Notes under the pieces: model-generated | Databases searched by the model: none | Told to the model about the DNA's origin: nothing | What the model saw: only the letters and a program-made list of their open reading frames with translations | Part shown: positions 22,765 through 36,206 of the stretch, piece by piece | How the letters are laid out: every line of letters starts with the position of its first letter | Numbering within the stretch: the stretch's first letter is position 1 | Made by a program: the position numbers and the translations under genes | Source of the DNA: Sphyrna mokarran | Taxonomy: Eukaryota | Assembly (NCBI GenBank): GCA_024679065.1 | Contig: JAGIQG010000024.1 | Location: 3,100,001-3,164,000 of the forward strand | Length of the DNA: 64,000 nt | Direction of reading: 5' to 3'

Positions 22765-25700
22765 GCTGTTATTTGTCCATTGTCATCGATAAGGACCTTA
22801 ACACCATTAGTCATTTTGAGGCTGGTTGTGGTATGTCCGAAGATGACTGATCAGGCCAATTCGGACACGGAATGTCCTGGCAAATATTGGACAGACTTGT
22901 GTAGACACTGTAGTTGTTGTGCTGGTGGCTCTGGATGTGCAGCTCATGCTTAAGTTGTGCTTCAGCAATACACCTTGCTTCGTAAGCTTGACAGCCTTTG
23001 GGGATGAGGCAGCACCAGGTAGGGCGGTTTTGAACCAGCATTTCCCAGGTGGTCGTGTCAATGTCAAGCAATTTCAAGGAGGCTTTGAATGTGTCTTTGA
23101 AACGTTTCTTCTGCCCTCCATGCGAATGTCTTCCAGCAGAGAGTCCCTCAAAAAGGAGCTGCTTGGGTGTGCGCTCGTCTGACATACGGATGACATGACC
23201 TGCCCACCGGGTCAGCGTTCTCATCAGCAGTGTGTGGACTGATGGTAGACTTACTCTAGAGAGAACATCAATGTCTGGTACTTTGTCTTGCCATCTGATG
23301 CGTAATATTCTGCGAAGACAAGTCATGAAGAAATGATTGAGTTGTCTTGCATGCCTTCGATACACAGACCACCTTTTACAGGCATACAGGAGGGTAGTGA
23401 GTATTGCAGTGCTGTAGACCTTCAGTTTTGTTGCTGAGCTGATTCCTCGCCGTTCCCATACAGTGGAGCATAGTCTACCGAAAGCAGAACTTGCCTTTGC
23501 TATTCTGCAGTTAACTTCTGCATCAATAGTCACTGCTTGGGGGAGGGTGCTGCTAAATGAACTGTAGTTTCTGCCCTTTGATTATGATTATGGATTCTGT
23601 GTAAGTTGCATGAGGAGCAGGCTGGTCTTTTTAATGTTGATGGTGAGTCCAAAGTTGTCACAAGTTGTAGAAAATTTGTCCATACTGACTTGCATCTCTG
23701 GCTCTGAGCCAGCATACAGAGCGCAGTCATCTGCAAAGAGAAAATCTCTCAGAACAGTTTCTTTCACTTTGGTAATAGCTTGAAGTCTCCTCAGATTGAA
23801 AAGCTTCCCATTCACACTGTACTTGAGGCTGATTCCAGCAACACTGTCCTGGAAGGCATCATTCAGCATGGCAGTAAACATCATGCTGAACAGTGTGGGT
23901 GCGAGCACAAAGCCCTGTTTGATGCCATTGGTGACTGGGAATGCCTCAGAGGATTCTCTGCCATCCAGTACTTTGGCCATCATGCCATCATGGAATTGGC
24001 GTACCATCTGAATGAATTTGGAGAGGTGTGATACTCCACAGGCCTTGTCGGCTTACAGTGTCAAAGGCTTTTGCGAGATCAACAAAGGTTGTGTAGAGCT
24101 TGTAATTCTGCTCCTGACACTTCTCCTGAAGTTGCCGTGCAGCAAAAATCATCTCTGTATCCCACGACTTTTGCAGAAGTCACACTGTGACTCTGGAAGG
24201 AGGTCCAACTCCAGATGAGTGACAGCCGATTTAGTAGGACTCTTGCAAGGGTCCTTCCTGTGATGGAGAGCAGCGAGATTCCTCGGTGGTTATCACATAA
24301 TTGCCGATTGCTCTTCCTTTTGTACAGGTGTACGATGGAAGCATCTTTAAGTTCCTGAGGAATGGATCCTTGCTTCCAAAAGGACTGGAACAACTTGGTG
24401 AGCTGCTTGATAAGTGCAGGACCAGCAGCTTTATAGGATCTCAGTGGGTCTGGCATCTGCCCCAGGGGCTTTGCCACTGGATAGCTGGCTGACAGTTTTC
24501 ATGACTTTGACTACTACAGGTGGGTCATCCATGGCGCTGTTGATAAGAACCTGGGGAATCCTGTCATTTGCCTCATCGTTAATAGATGACGGTCAGTTGA
24601 GGACAGCTTCAGAGTGTTCAGCCCATCTCTGCAGGACCTGAGCCTTCTCTGGAATGACAGTTATACCATCTGTACTCAGGAGGAGGAACTCCCGAGAGAT
24701 TGAGGTTCATAGAGAGTGTTGAGGGCTTCATAGAACTGTTTCAAGTCATTTTTGTCAGTGTATCCCTGTATTTCATCTGCCTTGGTGCTCAGCCAAGCAT
24801 CCTGCATTTTACACAGTTTATTCTGGACTGTCCTGCGAGCACTGGGAAAAGCATTTTTCTTAGCAGCTGAAGATGAGTCGTTCTGACAGGCCCGATGAAG
24901 ACGGTGCTTTTCAACAGCCTGTATCTCCACATCATTCTCATCGAACCAATCATGCTGTTTGTGGGGTAGAGAGCCCAAGTATCTTCAGGGCAGATGTATG
25001 GACAGCATCCCTGAAGTGTTCCCAGTCATCCTCAGTGCTGCCTGCGAGGTGTGGGTCAGCAGGTTTGATTTCTAAGTCTTCAGCCAGTACTGAAGCTATG
25101 CTGGGGTTCTTTAGCTTGGCCGCATTGATTCTTTTCATAACCTTGCTTCCTTGGGATTGCCTCTTGGTCTGATGCAGAGCCTCATTTTGGAGACAGTGAG
25201 CCTGTGATCTGTCCAGCAGTCAGCACCACACACGGCCTTGGTCACTCTGACATCCTGCCTGTCTTTTCTCCTGACAATGACATAGTCGATAAGATGCCAA
25301 TACTTAGATTGAGGGTGGATCCAGGAGGTCTTGTTATGGGTAGGCAGACAGAAGGTTGTGTTGGTGATGAGGAGGTCGTGACCTGCACAGGTCTTCATTA
25401 AGTGTAGGCCGTTACTATTATACTTGCCCACTCCATGCCTCCCAATGACTCCCTGCCAGATTGCACAGTCACACCCTACTCTTGCATTGAAATCTCCAAG
25501 TAAGATCAGCTTTTTGGTACTGCTCACTGTTGATATTAGGGCATCTAGTTCTTTGTAGAACTTGTCTTTCATCCTGTCTGGGTTGTTTATTGTGGGGGCA
25601 TAGGCACTGACCAGGGTAGCTTGACTTCTGTTGTGTAGTGGAAGCTGTAAACAGGTTGTTCACAACCTTGGGTAGACTAGCAAGTTTCTGAACAAGATGA

Positions 25701-26722
25701 TTCCTGACGGTGAATCTAACTCCAGCATCACAACGCTCATCACTGCCACGACCACTCCAGAAAATAGCATATCCACCTCCAGTTTCAGTCAACTGACCTA
25801 TGTTAGCAAGTCGAATTTTGCTCAGGGCTGAAATATCAATGTTGTGTCTTGCAAGCTCTCTGGCAACTAAGGCTGTTCTCTCTGGTTTTCTACTGTAGGA
25901 TTGTCCAGAAGCGGTGCACGTTCCAAGTGCCAAGGGTGAGCGGTGTCACCTTGTGTTTTATTTTGTTTGTTTGACCGCAAGATGGGACTAGATACAATAA
26001 ACTGGCCAGGGTGTAGTGAAGCAGGCAATGTTTAGGGCACCTTTTTGAGCCCCTTCCTCGTTCTACGGAGGTGACCTGAAGAGGACTGCTCAGTCACCCA
26101 GGTAGACGCTGAGTTTCACTGCTGCTTCGATCAGCAGAAAACGACCATTAGACTTGAGCCACCTGCGTGCAGTTCGGTGCTGACAGCTCCCAGTGTATCC
26201 ATACCTGCTGCTTCATCACTCACCCATCGCCACAGGACTTCAAGGGTTGAACAGGACATTGATGTTGATGATGATGGTGTCAAAACTAGCGCTTGATTTG
26301 GATTAAAGTGAGGGAGATTTGTGCAGCATCAGCCTCACTCTCTCTTCTCAATTCCCATCTAGGTCCAGTGGCAAGACAAGAGTCAAGATGGCTGGAGATG
26401 GGATTAGGCACAGTGGGTGATCAGGACATTTTCTGTGTCTTGTTCTGCTCTTCATGTTCCACTTGTAGAGACCATCTTCTTGACTGTTGGATCTTCCGTT
26501 GGTCTCGTCCGCTCAATGCGCCGGACTCTCTCTTCACATGCTGGGATAGACATCTCTCTATCTCACCGAGGGTTGAGACCCGTCAGCTACCCTCACCTGG
26601 TTTAGCTGGCTTGTCGAGGCCGTTGCCCAGGGAATAGCTGCTGTCGTATACAAAGAGCTCCGGGGAGCCACAGGTGAGAGCCGAGTCCCAGCTGGTGATA
26701 AAGGGCGGACAAACTGCCCTGA
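22765..26722 (-). mobile_element. near-full-length, frameshifted RTE-clade LINE (~3.95 kb)
   Basis: LGTWNV...ERTALVARELARHNIDI, LGDFNARVG and WTDHRL (APE); NHRGISLLS, GIKQGFVLAPTLF and LFADD (RT); RIAKASSAFGRL, RWAGHVIRM and GGQKKRFKD; ~770-nt 5'UTR. Confidence 0.92.
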
Positions 26723-26727
26723 AAGGA

Positions 26728-27197
26728 CACAACATAGAACATAGAACATTACAGCGCAGAACAGGCCTTTTGGCCTTCGGTGTTGCGCCGACCAATTGAG
26801 AAAAAGCAATAACCCTCTAATCTAAACCATTCCCTTTTCATCCATAAACTTATCTACTAACCTCTTAAACGCCACCAAACTTGGCCCATCTACAACTGCA
26901 GCAGGCAGGGCATTCCATACCCTTACCACCCTCTGGGTAAAGAACCTACTTCTGATATCCGTCCTAAAACCACCACCCCTTAATTTAAAGCTATGTTCCC
27001 TCATGCTAGTTTTCTCCATCCCAGGAAAAAGGCTATCACTGTCCACCCTATCTAAACCTCTAATCATCTTATATGTTTCAATAAGGTTTCCTCTTAGCCG
27101 CCTCCTTTCTAATGAAAACAACCTCAAATCCCTCAGCCTCTCTTCATAAGTCCTGCCCTCCATACCAGGCAACATCCTGGTAAACTTCTGAAGAGCT
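26728..27197 (-). mobile_element. CR1 3' fragment directly upstream of the RTE 5' end
   Basis: ORF 26822-27238 C-terminal RT peptide; (GTTCTAT)n tail at 26730-26748. Confidence 0.88.
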
Positions 27198-27249
27198 GCA
27201 TTTATATACCGTCTTCCTAATTTTCTGTGCCCTTTCAACCAGAACTGTG

Positions 27250-27893
27250 TAAAATGGCAAAGGAAATGCCTTTATCACAAAGGGGATAGAATATAAAAGC
27301 AGGGAAGTCTTGCTGCAACTGTTCATGGCACTGGTGAGCTCGCAACTGGAATACTGTGTGCAGTTTTAGTCCCCTTGTTTGCGAAAGGATATATTGGCCT
27401 TGGAGGGAGTACAGAGAAGATTCACCAGGCTGATACCGGAGATGAGCAGATTAGCCTATGAAGAGAGATTGAATAGACTGGGCCTGTACTTGTTAGAGTT
27501 TAGAAGACTGAGAGGGGATCTTATAGAGATTTACAAGATAATGAAGGGACTAGATAGGGTAGAGATAGAGAGATTCTTCCCGCTTAGAAAGGATAGCAGA
27601 ACTAGAGGGCACAGATTCAAAATAAGGGGGTGTGCAATTTAGAAGGAGGAGCTTCTTCACTCAAAGGGTAGTGAGTCTCTGGAATTCTCTGCCCATTGAA
27701 GTGGTGGAGCTACCTCGTTGAATATATTTAAGTCACAGGTAGATAGATTTCTGATGGACAAGGGAATTAAGGGTTATGGGGAGAAAGCGGGAAAGTGAAA
27801 CTGATTCACTTCAGATCAGCCATGATCTTATTGAATGGCGGGACAGGTTCGAGGGGCTGGATAGCCGACTCCTGCTCCTATTTCTTATGTTCT
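27250..27893 (+). mobile_element. CR1 3' fragment, same subfamily as 19985-20872
   Basis: KDILALEGVQRRFTRLIP...RTRGHRFKI; similar tail. Confidence 0.88.
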
Positions 27894-28099
27894 TAAACAG
27901 TGTGCCCTGTGTTCAGTATGATTGCTGCATCATTCCCTCTACTGGTGAAATGTGCAATTGTATCTAGTCCCAGCAAGAGAGATCCTGGGAACAGGGATCC
28001 TATGGTGTGGTTCAGAGCTGCAATCTCTGCACAACCTTAAAATGAAAGTAAGTTTACCACTTGTGTAAATATTTCTGCTTTTACATTTTAACACACTTC

Positions 28100-28800
28100 C
28101 ATCAACAACAACTCATATGTGTATATATTAACTATGGTAAAGTGCCCCAAAACACCACACAGAAGAAATCTGATAACTAGCCACATAAGATATTAGGATG
28201 TATGACCAAAAAAATCTCAAAGAAGTCGATTATAGGGATTGTCCTTGAAGAGGAAAGAAAGACGGAGAGGTTTAGGGAGGGAACTGCAGAGTTTAGAACC
28301 TCAGCAGCTGAAGGTGAAACCACCAAGATGAGCAAGAGACCCATGTACCGGTGGCAACAAGGATAAGAGTCATACTGGGGGAACGGCCAGCGTAAAAGGA
28401 GAATAATGAGGACAAGAGTAACGGAGGTGTGGATAAAGGAGGTTTTGAGAAGTTCTGTAAGAGCAGAAATGTGAGTGCATGGCCAAAGGCCTGATGTTTG
28501 GAAATTTAAAAGTATCATTTTAAGTGATTTGGGGAGTTATTCCAGGATGTATACAAGCTGAACTGTTCTAAGAGGAGGAAGGAGGATGTTGTTGGTGACG
28601 GTTGTGAGAATGCCATATAGGGTGATAAGGCTGATTTCTGTACTGATGGGTAGGAAAGTTTATGTATATTAGATTCAAGAGGATAGGTGGGCAATAAACT
28701 ATGTTAAGATGGAGGGTGAAATTGCCAAGGGTAAAAAGGCATTCAGTGTACAAGCTGTGAGAAGAAGTTCATAAAGGTATATCAAGGAGAGAGATTCAGA
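28100..28800 (-). mobile_element. decayed L2-like LINE fragments
   Basis: ggagaggtttagggagggaact motif shared with 30090-30450 and, inverted, 63500-63900. Confidence 0.5.
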
Positions 28801-29504
28801 GAGGGACATTGGAATATTATCTATTGGTATAGTTCGCAGACTTCAAAGTTATTGAACTTGTGTAACTGGATTGAAAACAACAATAAAATAGGAGATTGTG
28901 ATTGAATGACCTGGTTATGTATTAGTGAAAGATTAGTTTGATATTTTTCTGATTCTAGCGGCTTACTGAGATTTTTCATGATTTTTCATGCTCCCAATAT
29001 TTTGGGGATGTTGTACAAAATTGAACATTCATCTATCCTCCAGATCTAAATCAAACCCCCTGGACTTTCCAATAAACATTCTTAGACCATGTGGTTTAGT
29101 TAAACTGTGCAATCCAATCTCCCTGGGAAAATTTGTGTCTCTCAGGGAGTGAAGGTCAGAGAATTGGAGGTTTTCACACAGTTGCTCTTCTCCCTGACCT
29201 GTACCCCCTTTCAGTGTGATTTTTGAGTTGGGAGCACAGAATTTGGTATTCATACAGACCAAAAGACACTGTACGTTTATGGTGAAGTCAACTCAATAAA
29301 TATCGTAACATCGAAGATTCTTGTTAATGCTGTTTCTGATCAAAATGATGAATGGTCCTAAGGTTCCTCACAGAATTGATTTTTTATGTTTCCCTGTCTC
29401 TATTTTAAAAACAGCGAGGCTTGTGGAACTGAACATGTGTATTTATGCAGAACTTTTTAAGCTTCATGTTTTTATGTGTCCAGATCACCAACAACCTGTC
29501 CTGG

Positions 29505-30080
29505 TCCCCCTATACTGATGCTATAGTTAAGAAAGCCCATTAACACTTCTACTTTCTCAAAAGATGAAGGAAATTTGGCAAGTCAACTACAATTCTCACC
29601 AATCTTTTCAGGTGCACCATAGAAAGTATTCTTTCTGGTTGTATTGCATCTTGGTATGGATCCTATTTTGCCCAAGACTGCAAGGAACTCCAAAAAGTCA
29701 TGAATGTAGCCCAATCCATCACGCAAACCAGCCTCCCGTCAATTGACTATCTACACTTCCCGCTGCCTTGGCAAAGTAGCCAGTATAATCAAAGAACCCA
29801 GCACACCCCAGACATTCTCTTTTCCACCATTTTCCATCAGGAAAAAGTCTGAGGTCACGTACCAACCGATTCAAGAACAGCTTCTTTCCTGCTGCCTCAG
29901 ACTTTTGAATGGACTTACCTTGCTTTCAGTTGACCTTTCTCTACACTCTAGCTGTGACTTTAACACTACATTTTGCACTCTCTCATTTCCTTCTCTATGA
30001 ATGGCATGCTTTGTATAGCGCGCAAGAAACTATACTTTTCACTGCATACTAATACATATGACAATAATAAATCAAATCAA
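29505..30080 (+). mobile_element. Rex1/Babar-type LINE 3' fragment
   Basis: Reverse complement of the 10262-10830 region; TIYTSRCLGKVASIIKEP; aataaatcaaatcaaa tail. Confidence 0.82.
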
Positions 30081-33000
30081 AAAATAGTAAAACAGTACAA
30101 GGTGCCTTACAAGGGAATTATCAAACAATATGTAACACTGAGTCATATGAGATGTTAAGACAGGTAACCAGATGTGGCCAAACAGATAACATTTTGAGGA
30201 ATGTCATAAAGGAGGAGAGTGAATTATGGAGAGGAAAAGTTTAGTACGGGAATTCCAGAACTTTGCGCCTAGGTAGCTGTCAATGGTGGACTGATTAGAA
30301 TCAGAGAAGTTCAAGAGATAGAATTTGAGGAACAGAGGTATCTCAGAGGGTGTGGGGCTGAAGATTACAAGTTAGGGATGGGTGAGGCAATGGAGGAATT
30401 TGAAAACCAGGATGAGAATTTTAAAAGCTGGACTTTGTTTGACTGCAGCCAGGTTACCAAGTACCGGAATCATCTGCTCTGCTCAGAACTGAGTCACGCA
30501 GAACACTCCCAGAAGGCCAGTGAAAACTGTTGAGGGATGTTCTCAAAGCGTCATGAAGAGATTAAACATCACAATAGACTCATGAGACACACTGATTTGT
30601 AACCAAAACATGGAAAGTTTATTCAAGAAGTCACTGGACACATTGATAGACTTTGTCAGGAACATACAGAGGAAAAGTCAAGGTATCAGAGAGAGACCTC
30701 AAACCTCCAAAAAATTTATCTACTCCTCTCTCCTAGCACATCTTGCATATGGTAGAACCTGCCACATTGGATTATCAGTCATCTCACAACCCATAAACTG
30801 GAGGGGAAGCAGATCCTCAATCCAAAGGCAGGCATTCCTGACTTCCAAAAATGAGTCCAGTCACCTGAAATGTTGGACTCTGAGAGACAAATGCAGGATT
30901 GATTTGTGTCCTCTGCCTCCTGTCGGCTGGCTTCAGTTCACCAGAACATCAACTCAGTTCTCTGTTAGAATGTAACCAGTGATAACATTGTATCTGTTGC
31001 AAAATGACCAATGGCAGCAAGTTGTAAGGATCAGCTGACCCAGTAAACCATGTAACGAATGACAGGATGATGTGATGATGAGCTGACTCAGTAAATAAGA
31101 AACTTTATTGCTTGAAGTGGCCCAGGAGAGGCCTGAAGTTTAGAGTAATGAAGTTTCTTTATTAAACCTTTTCTTTGATTTCTAAGTGGGAGGAAGTTTT
31201 GTTATATTTTTACTGTCTACGTTTGAAGATTTCTTTCTCGATAAACATTCCCTACAGTCCCTTAAACTCATCCATCCCCATGCTCCCTCATATCTCCCAT
31301 GCCCCTTGTCAAGAAGCTTAAATAAAGACTTAAAAATTGAATGAAATAAAGATTAAAGAAGCTTGGATAAAAGGGAATTGATAAGAGTATAGCTATCTAA
31401 AGGACTTGGATATGTGAGTTAGCTTTAACAGCAGAGTAAATAGATATTTGTTTAAGTGAAGTGGAGAATATTCGAGTATGGAATTGACAACATTAAAACT
31501 ACAGAAGAGATTAGTTCAAAATGAAGACGTAGGAAAGCTTGTCACACTTACATGCTAAAAGTGTGACTTCAAAAGTTTTAGCATGAGATCAAAAGGGAAA
31601 TAGGGCATATCAGTAGCAGAGTTAGCCCTGTACTGCAAGATAAACAGTTAAGATCATAGCCACATCCAGATAGAAAGAGAAACCCTCACAAAGCAGGACT
31701 CTTTGCTAGAAGTTGCTGCTTCAAAACTTTTGAAAGTCTACGCTGCTTCAGGAAAACTCCCAAAAATTAAAGGTAAATTTGTGGGTGGTAACAGCTGGAC
31801 GTTAACCTGGTGTTATGAGACTTCTTACTGTGCCCATCCCTGTCCAATGCTGGTATCTCCACCTCATTATTTTTCCTGGAATTAGTTCAGAGTTAAATTG
31901 TATGGGATGTTGCTTTTGGACAAGGGCCATTTCTCAGTTTAGGAATGAAGATAGATGCAGAATGGGGAGCCCAAGAAGATGGAGGCCATCATGAAAGTCC
32001 CAAGCCCAGAGAATGTGTCCCAACTGATGAGATAGCTCATGAGACTTATTAATTACTATGGCAAGTTCATCCCAGATCTGGTAGCTGTGTTGGAAGCCCT
32101 GCATCAGTTAATGGGAAAAGGTTAGCCATGGAAATGAACCTGGAATGTGAGGAGGCTTACTGAAGTAAGCTTCCAAAGATCAGAAGTGTTAATTAATTTT
32201 AACCTAAGTTAATATTACGGTTATCATGTATCACTTTGCCTTATGGGGTTGACACTGAATTCTTTCATATCTTACCAGAGAGGAAAAGCCCATTGCTTTT
32301 GCATTGAGGTCACTAAAAAAGGCAGTGGAGAATTACACCCAATTTGAAAAAGAAGGCTTGGCATTGTCTTCAGCCTTGAGAAGTTCAGTGGCCGGCACTT
32401 TGTGTTACTGAACACAGACTGGTAACATTCATTTTAGGTTGTAAATTGGGGTACCATCAATGGAAGCAGCAGACCTGCAGGGATGGGAGTTTTGGGAAAT
32501 TACCACTTCGGAGTCAGACTGGGGGTGCAACAATAGTTTTTTTTAATGAAGCTTTGTGGAGAAAAGGCACTGGCACTCTGCAGTACTGGGCAGTACCTTC
32601 TGTCAATAATACAATAGGAGTGATTTATTTTTATACCTTTCAGACAATGGACAGTCTGGACATTAGCTATTTGATACATCATTACAATTGAATAGGATCA
32701 ATAGTTTAACACCTTTTTACAGCCAGTCATATACAGACATTGGCATTTAACATTGCATTGTTTTATAGAATGGACTATCAATGACTTAGTTTCAGTCTAT
32801 ACATACAATAACTGGTTTTCCTGCATTTATGTATTCCCATTTATAGCTAATCTCCTTATTGTTCTAGGTCTGTCCTTATCTTAAAAGTGTCTCAAGCTCT
32901 CTACTGGCTTCCTGTGGTATCAGATTCCTGCATGTTTAACTTTAAATAACTGTCTGTCCTGCATGTTTTTAGTTTCAAGTAGCCGTCTGCACTAAAACTC

Positions 33001-34342
33001 AGTGCCTGCGTAATGTCTTTCTTGCAGTTAACTTTTTTTATGTGCCAAGTAGCCATCTTTGTGATTTTTCCCATTACATGGGCATTGGTTCTACTCATAT
33101 GGAATCAGATACCGACAGTCAGAGAAGGATGGCAACATGGGTGCCTCGTTAAGGCTGCCAGTTCCAAGAGTACGCTGGGCACAGCTTGCAAGAACAAAAA
33201 CAGAAAATGCTAGAAAATCTTTAGCACATCTGATAGCATCTATGAAGAGACAGAATACAGCCAATGTTTCAAGTCCAGATGATCCTTCACCATAGCTCGT
33301 TGCCAGGCTCCAGCACCAACTTGGAATAACAGGGGATAAAAACGTTCAGGGAATTTTCCCATTCCGCCTGCCATAGGAGTCATCGCAGGCGGTGGGCGAA
33401 CCATGGTAAAGGTCTGTAGACCTCGGGTTGGATTTTCCAGTTTTGGAGTGAGCATAGCTGGAAAATCCCAGCTTATGTATTTCTCCCAAGAAGATAAGGT
33501 CCCAGTGTCAGTGAGTCAGGTGCTGACCACTATCTGAACGACCCAATTTTGAATTAAGGACTTAGTCCTGAGTGGGAGGCCGAGTCATTGGAATCATCCA
33601 GGAATCATCTTGTTCAGGAGGCGGAAGTTGTCCGTATCAGATGGGAGTTTAATGTGAGAGATGAGAGTCAATATTTCCCCCACATTCAGTGGAAAGGTTC
33701 TGGAACAAGTGTACCAAGGATATTCCGGCATGGTATGATTGAAAGAGATAGCCAGGGGTTACTTTTGGTGGCCAAACGGGGATTTCCAAATTGAGGAGAA
33801 AGCGGAATGGTGAGAATCCTGCACATTGGTAAGGAAAGTGCTGCTATTGTTGCTCCTTGATACATAGGAATAGCCATAGTGTTGTTTTTTGTGAGCTATA
33901 CAGGCAAAGCATATCATTCACAGAGAGTGAAAGGAGAAAGTGCAGAAGATAGTGTTACAGTCATAGCGAGGATGTAGAGAAGGATCAATGTAATGTGATG
34001 TAGTATAATGACCTTGGCAGCAGATTCACGTTGACTCAGTAAAGGGACTCCACTCCACTGCAAGGGGCCTGAGGTAGTGGTGATAAAGTTCACATCAGCC
34101 GGAGCAGCAGTAGACGAAATATTTGCCAGGTTTGGGAACCCTAAACACGCGTTACAGATATGGTCCACAGTTTGTGGCAAAAGAGCTTGGGGATTACTTG
34201 GAAAAGCATAGAGTCAGAGAGGTGAGATCAGGCTCATACCACACCGTGATAAATGGCCAGGGGAAGAGATTTGTGCAAACCCTGAAACAAGCTGTAAAAG
34301 CCTCACAAAGGGAGGGGTAACCAGAAAATTAAATCAACAAGA

Positions 34343-34770
34343 TTTGATTTGACTTATTAATACAATAATATACTCTATATGTATTAGTATAGAGTGAAAA
34401 GTATAGTTTCCTGCAAGCTATACAGGCAAAGCATACCGTTCATAGAGAGGGAGAGGAGAAAATGCAAAATATAGTGTTACAGTCATAGCTAGGGTGTAAA
34501 GAAAGATCAATTTAATGTGGGGTAGGTTCATTAAAAAGTTTGATGGCAGCAGGGAAGAAGCTATTTTTCAGTCAGTTGGTATGTGTGCTCAGATCTTTAC
34601 ATCTTTTCCCAGCGAAAGAAGGCAGAAGAGGGAATGTCTGGAGTGCATAGGGTCCTTGATTATGCTGGCTGCTTTTCTGAGACAGTAGGAAGTGTAGACA
34701 GTGTCAATGGATGAGAGGCTGGTTTGAGTAATGGACTGGACTTCGTTCACAACCCTTTGTAGTTTCTGAA
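34343..34770 (-). mobile_element. Rex1/Babar-type LINE 3' end nested in the Gypsy element (shorter related piece at 33880-34000)
   Basis: Matches 10262-10650. Confidence 0.78.
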
Positions 34771-35049
34771 CTCATATTGCAACACGCCACACGCGATGAC
34801 TCAGTGCTCACTGGCCTCCTTCATGTTCAATCAGCAGCTGAGAATCTTGTTTGCTGCGCTCGCAGCCGGAAGAATCCAGGGAGGGTGACAGGGCGCAAAA
34901 CAAGGACAGACGGGCAGGAACCTCAAAGTCGAGGACCTTCCAAAGAGGGGAGATAATCTTGGCCGGAAACTATACGTCTGGGGAAAAATGGATTCCAGTG
35001 ACTATGGTGGCTGTAATAGTACAGACCAGGGATGAGCTGGTCTGGAGCA

Positions 35050-35585
35050 GACAGCGGATGAATGAACATCACTCGACAATCACCAGGCAAAACAGTTCCC
35101 TTCCTGTGGGCGAACACTTCAGCAGTCATGGGCATTCGGCCTCCAACCTTCGGGTAAACGTTCTTCAAGGGGGCCTTCACGACACACGACAGCGCAGAGT
35201 CGCTGAGCAGAGACTGATAGCCAAGTTCCACACACGAGGATGGTCTTAACAGGGATCTTGGCTTCATGTCACACTATCTGTAACCCCCATGACTTGCCTG
35301 GGTTAGCAAAAAACCTCACTTACTGTGCTGTCTGGAGAAAATACACATCTCTTTAACCTGTGCTCAGTGCTCCTTCCACTCACATTGTTAGCCACTTTAA
35401 GACTTGAATAGCAGGTTAGGTGTAAGGATTCGCATTCTAATCAGTAATCTGTAAACTGTCTGTGCTGATATGTGTGCTTTTGGAGACCAGAACACCTCAT
35501 TCACCTGATGAAGGCACAAAGCTAGCAAGTTTACTATCAAATAAATCGGTTGGATTTAAAATTGGTGTTGTCAGACCTTTTACTG
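35050..35585 (+). mobile_element. Penelope-like element 3' fragment (GIY-YIG endonuclease C-terminus plus pseudo-LTR)
   Basis: RQRMNEHHSTI...LPVGEHFSSHGHS...RRVAEQRLIAKFHT, followed by a cacctgatgaagg partial hammerhead and aataaatcggttggatttaaaattggtgttg. Confidence 0.82.
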
Positions 35586-35895
35586 CAGATATGCGGACCA
35601 GTTGGCCACCGAAGTTCCTCAAAATCCAGAACCAGTCAGGATGGAACCAGTGATGTCACCCATGCTGTGTGTTTCCGAGCCGGGGTTGGTCATCCGTAGG
35701 GAAGAGGCAGCAAGCAGTGCCAGCAGATAACAGCAGCCAGTCAGAGAGGGACACATCCCTCCACAGCAGAAGCTCCCTGAAGTCCGAGAATCATCCTGAG
35801 ACGAGGAGAGAGTCTTCCAGAAACCACCAATCCCCTGAGAAACTTATCATGTCTGCGTAGACTACTGATAGGACATCATGCATAGAAGGGGGATA

Positions 35896-36206
35896 CAAAG
35901 AACAAAGAACAAAGAACAAAACAGCACGGGAAACAGGCCCTTCGGCCCAACGAGCCCGCGCCGCCTCCTCGATGTTCCCACTTGTACCCGTGATCCCTGT
36001 CCATGTTTATAGATCTATGGATTAAAAACCAAATTTGAGACAATTAAGGGAGAATTTGTTTTGCCAATTAGCTTAAGAGCACATCTTTGGGATGTGGGAG
36101 GAAACTGGAGCTCCCGGAGAAAACCCACGCAAGCACGGCGAGAATGCGCAAACTCCCACAGACACAGACCCAAATCCATGTATATGCACAGCACAGCGAT
36201 AGTCAT
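35896..36206 (-). mobile_element. severely 5'-truncated copy of the composite CR1 3'UTR (V-SINE part plus tail)
   Basis: Reverse complement of 57458-57755; (GTTCTTT)n tail. Confidence 0.85.

Noticed and set aside
34851-35249. 132-aa ORF that looks like an integrase-tail/GIY-YIG fusion protein
   Set aside because: Chance in-frame junction of a Penelope fragment inserted into a decayed Gypsy; both parts are truncated and there is no ATG start
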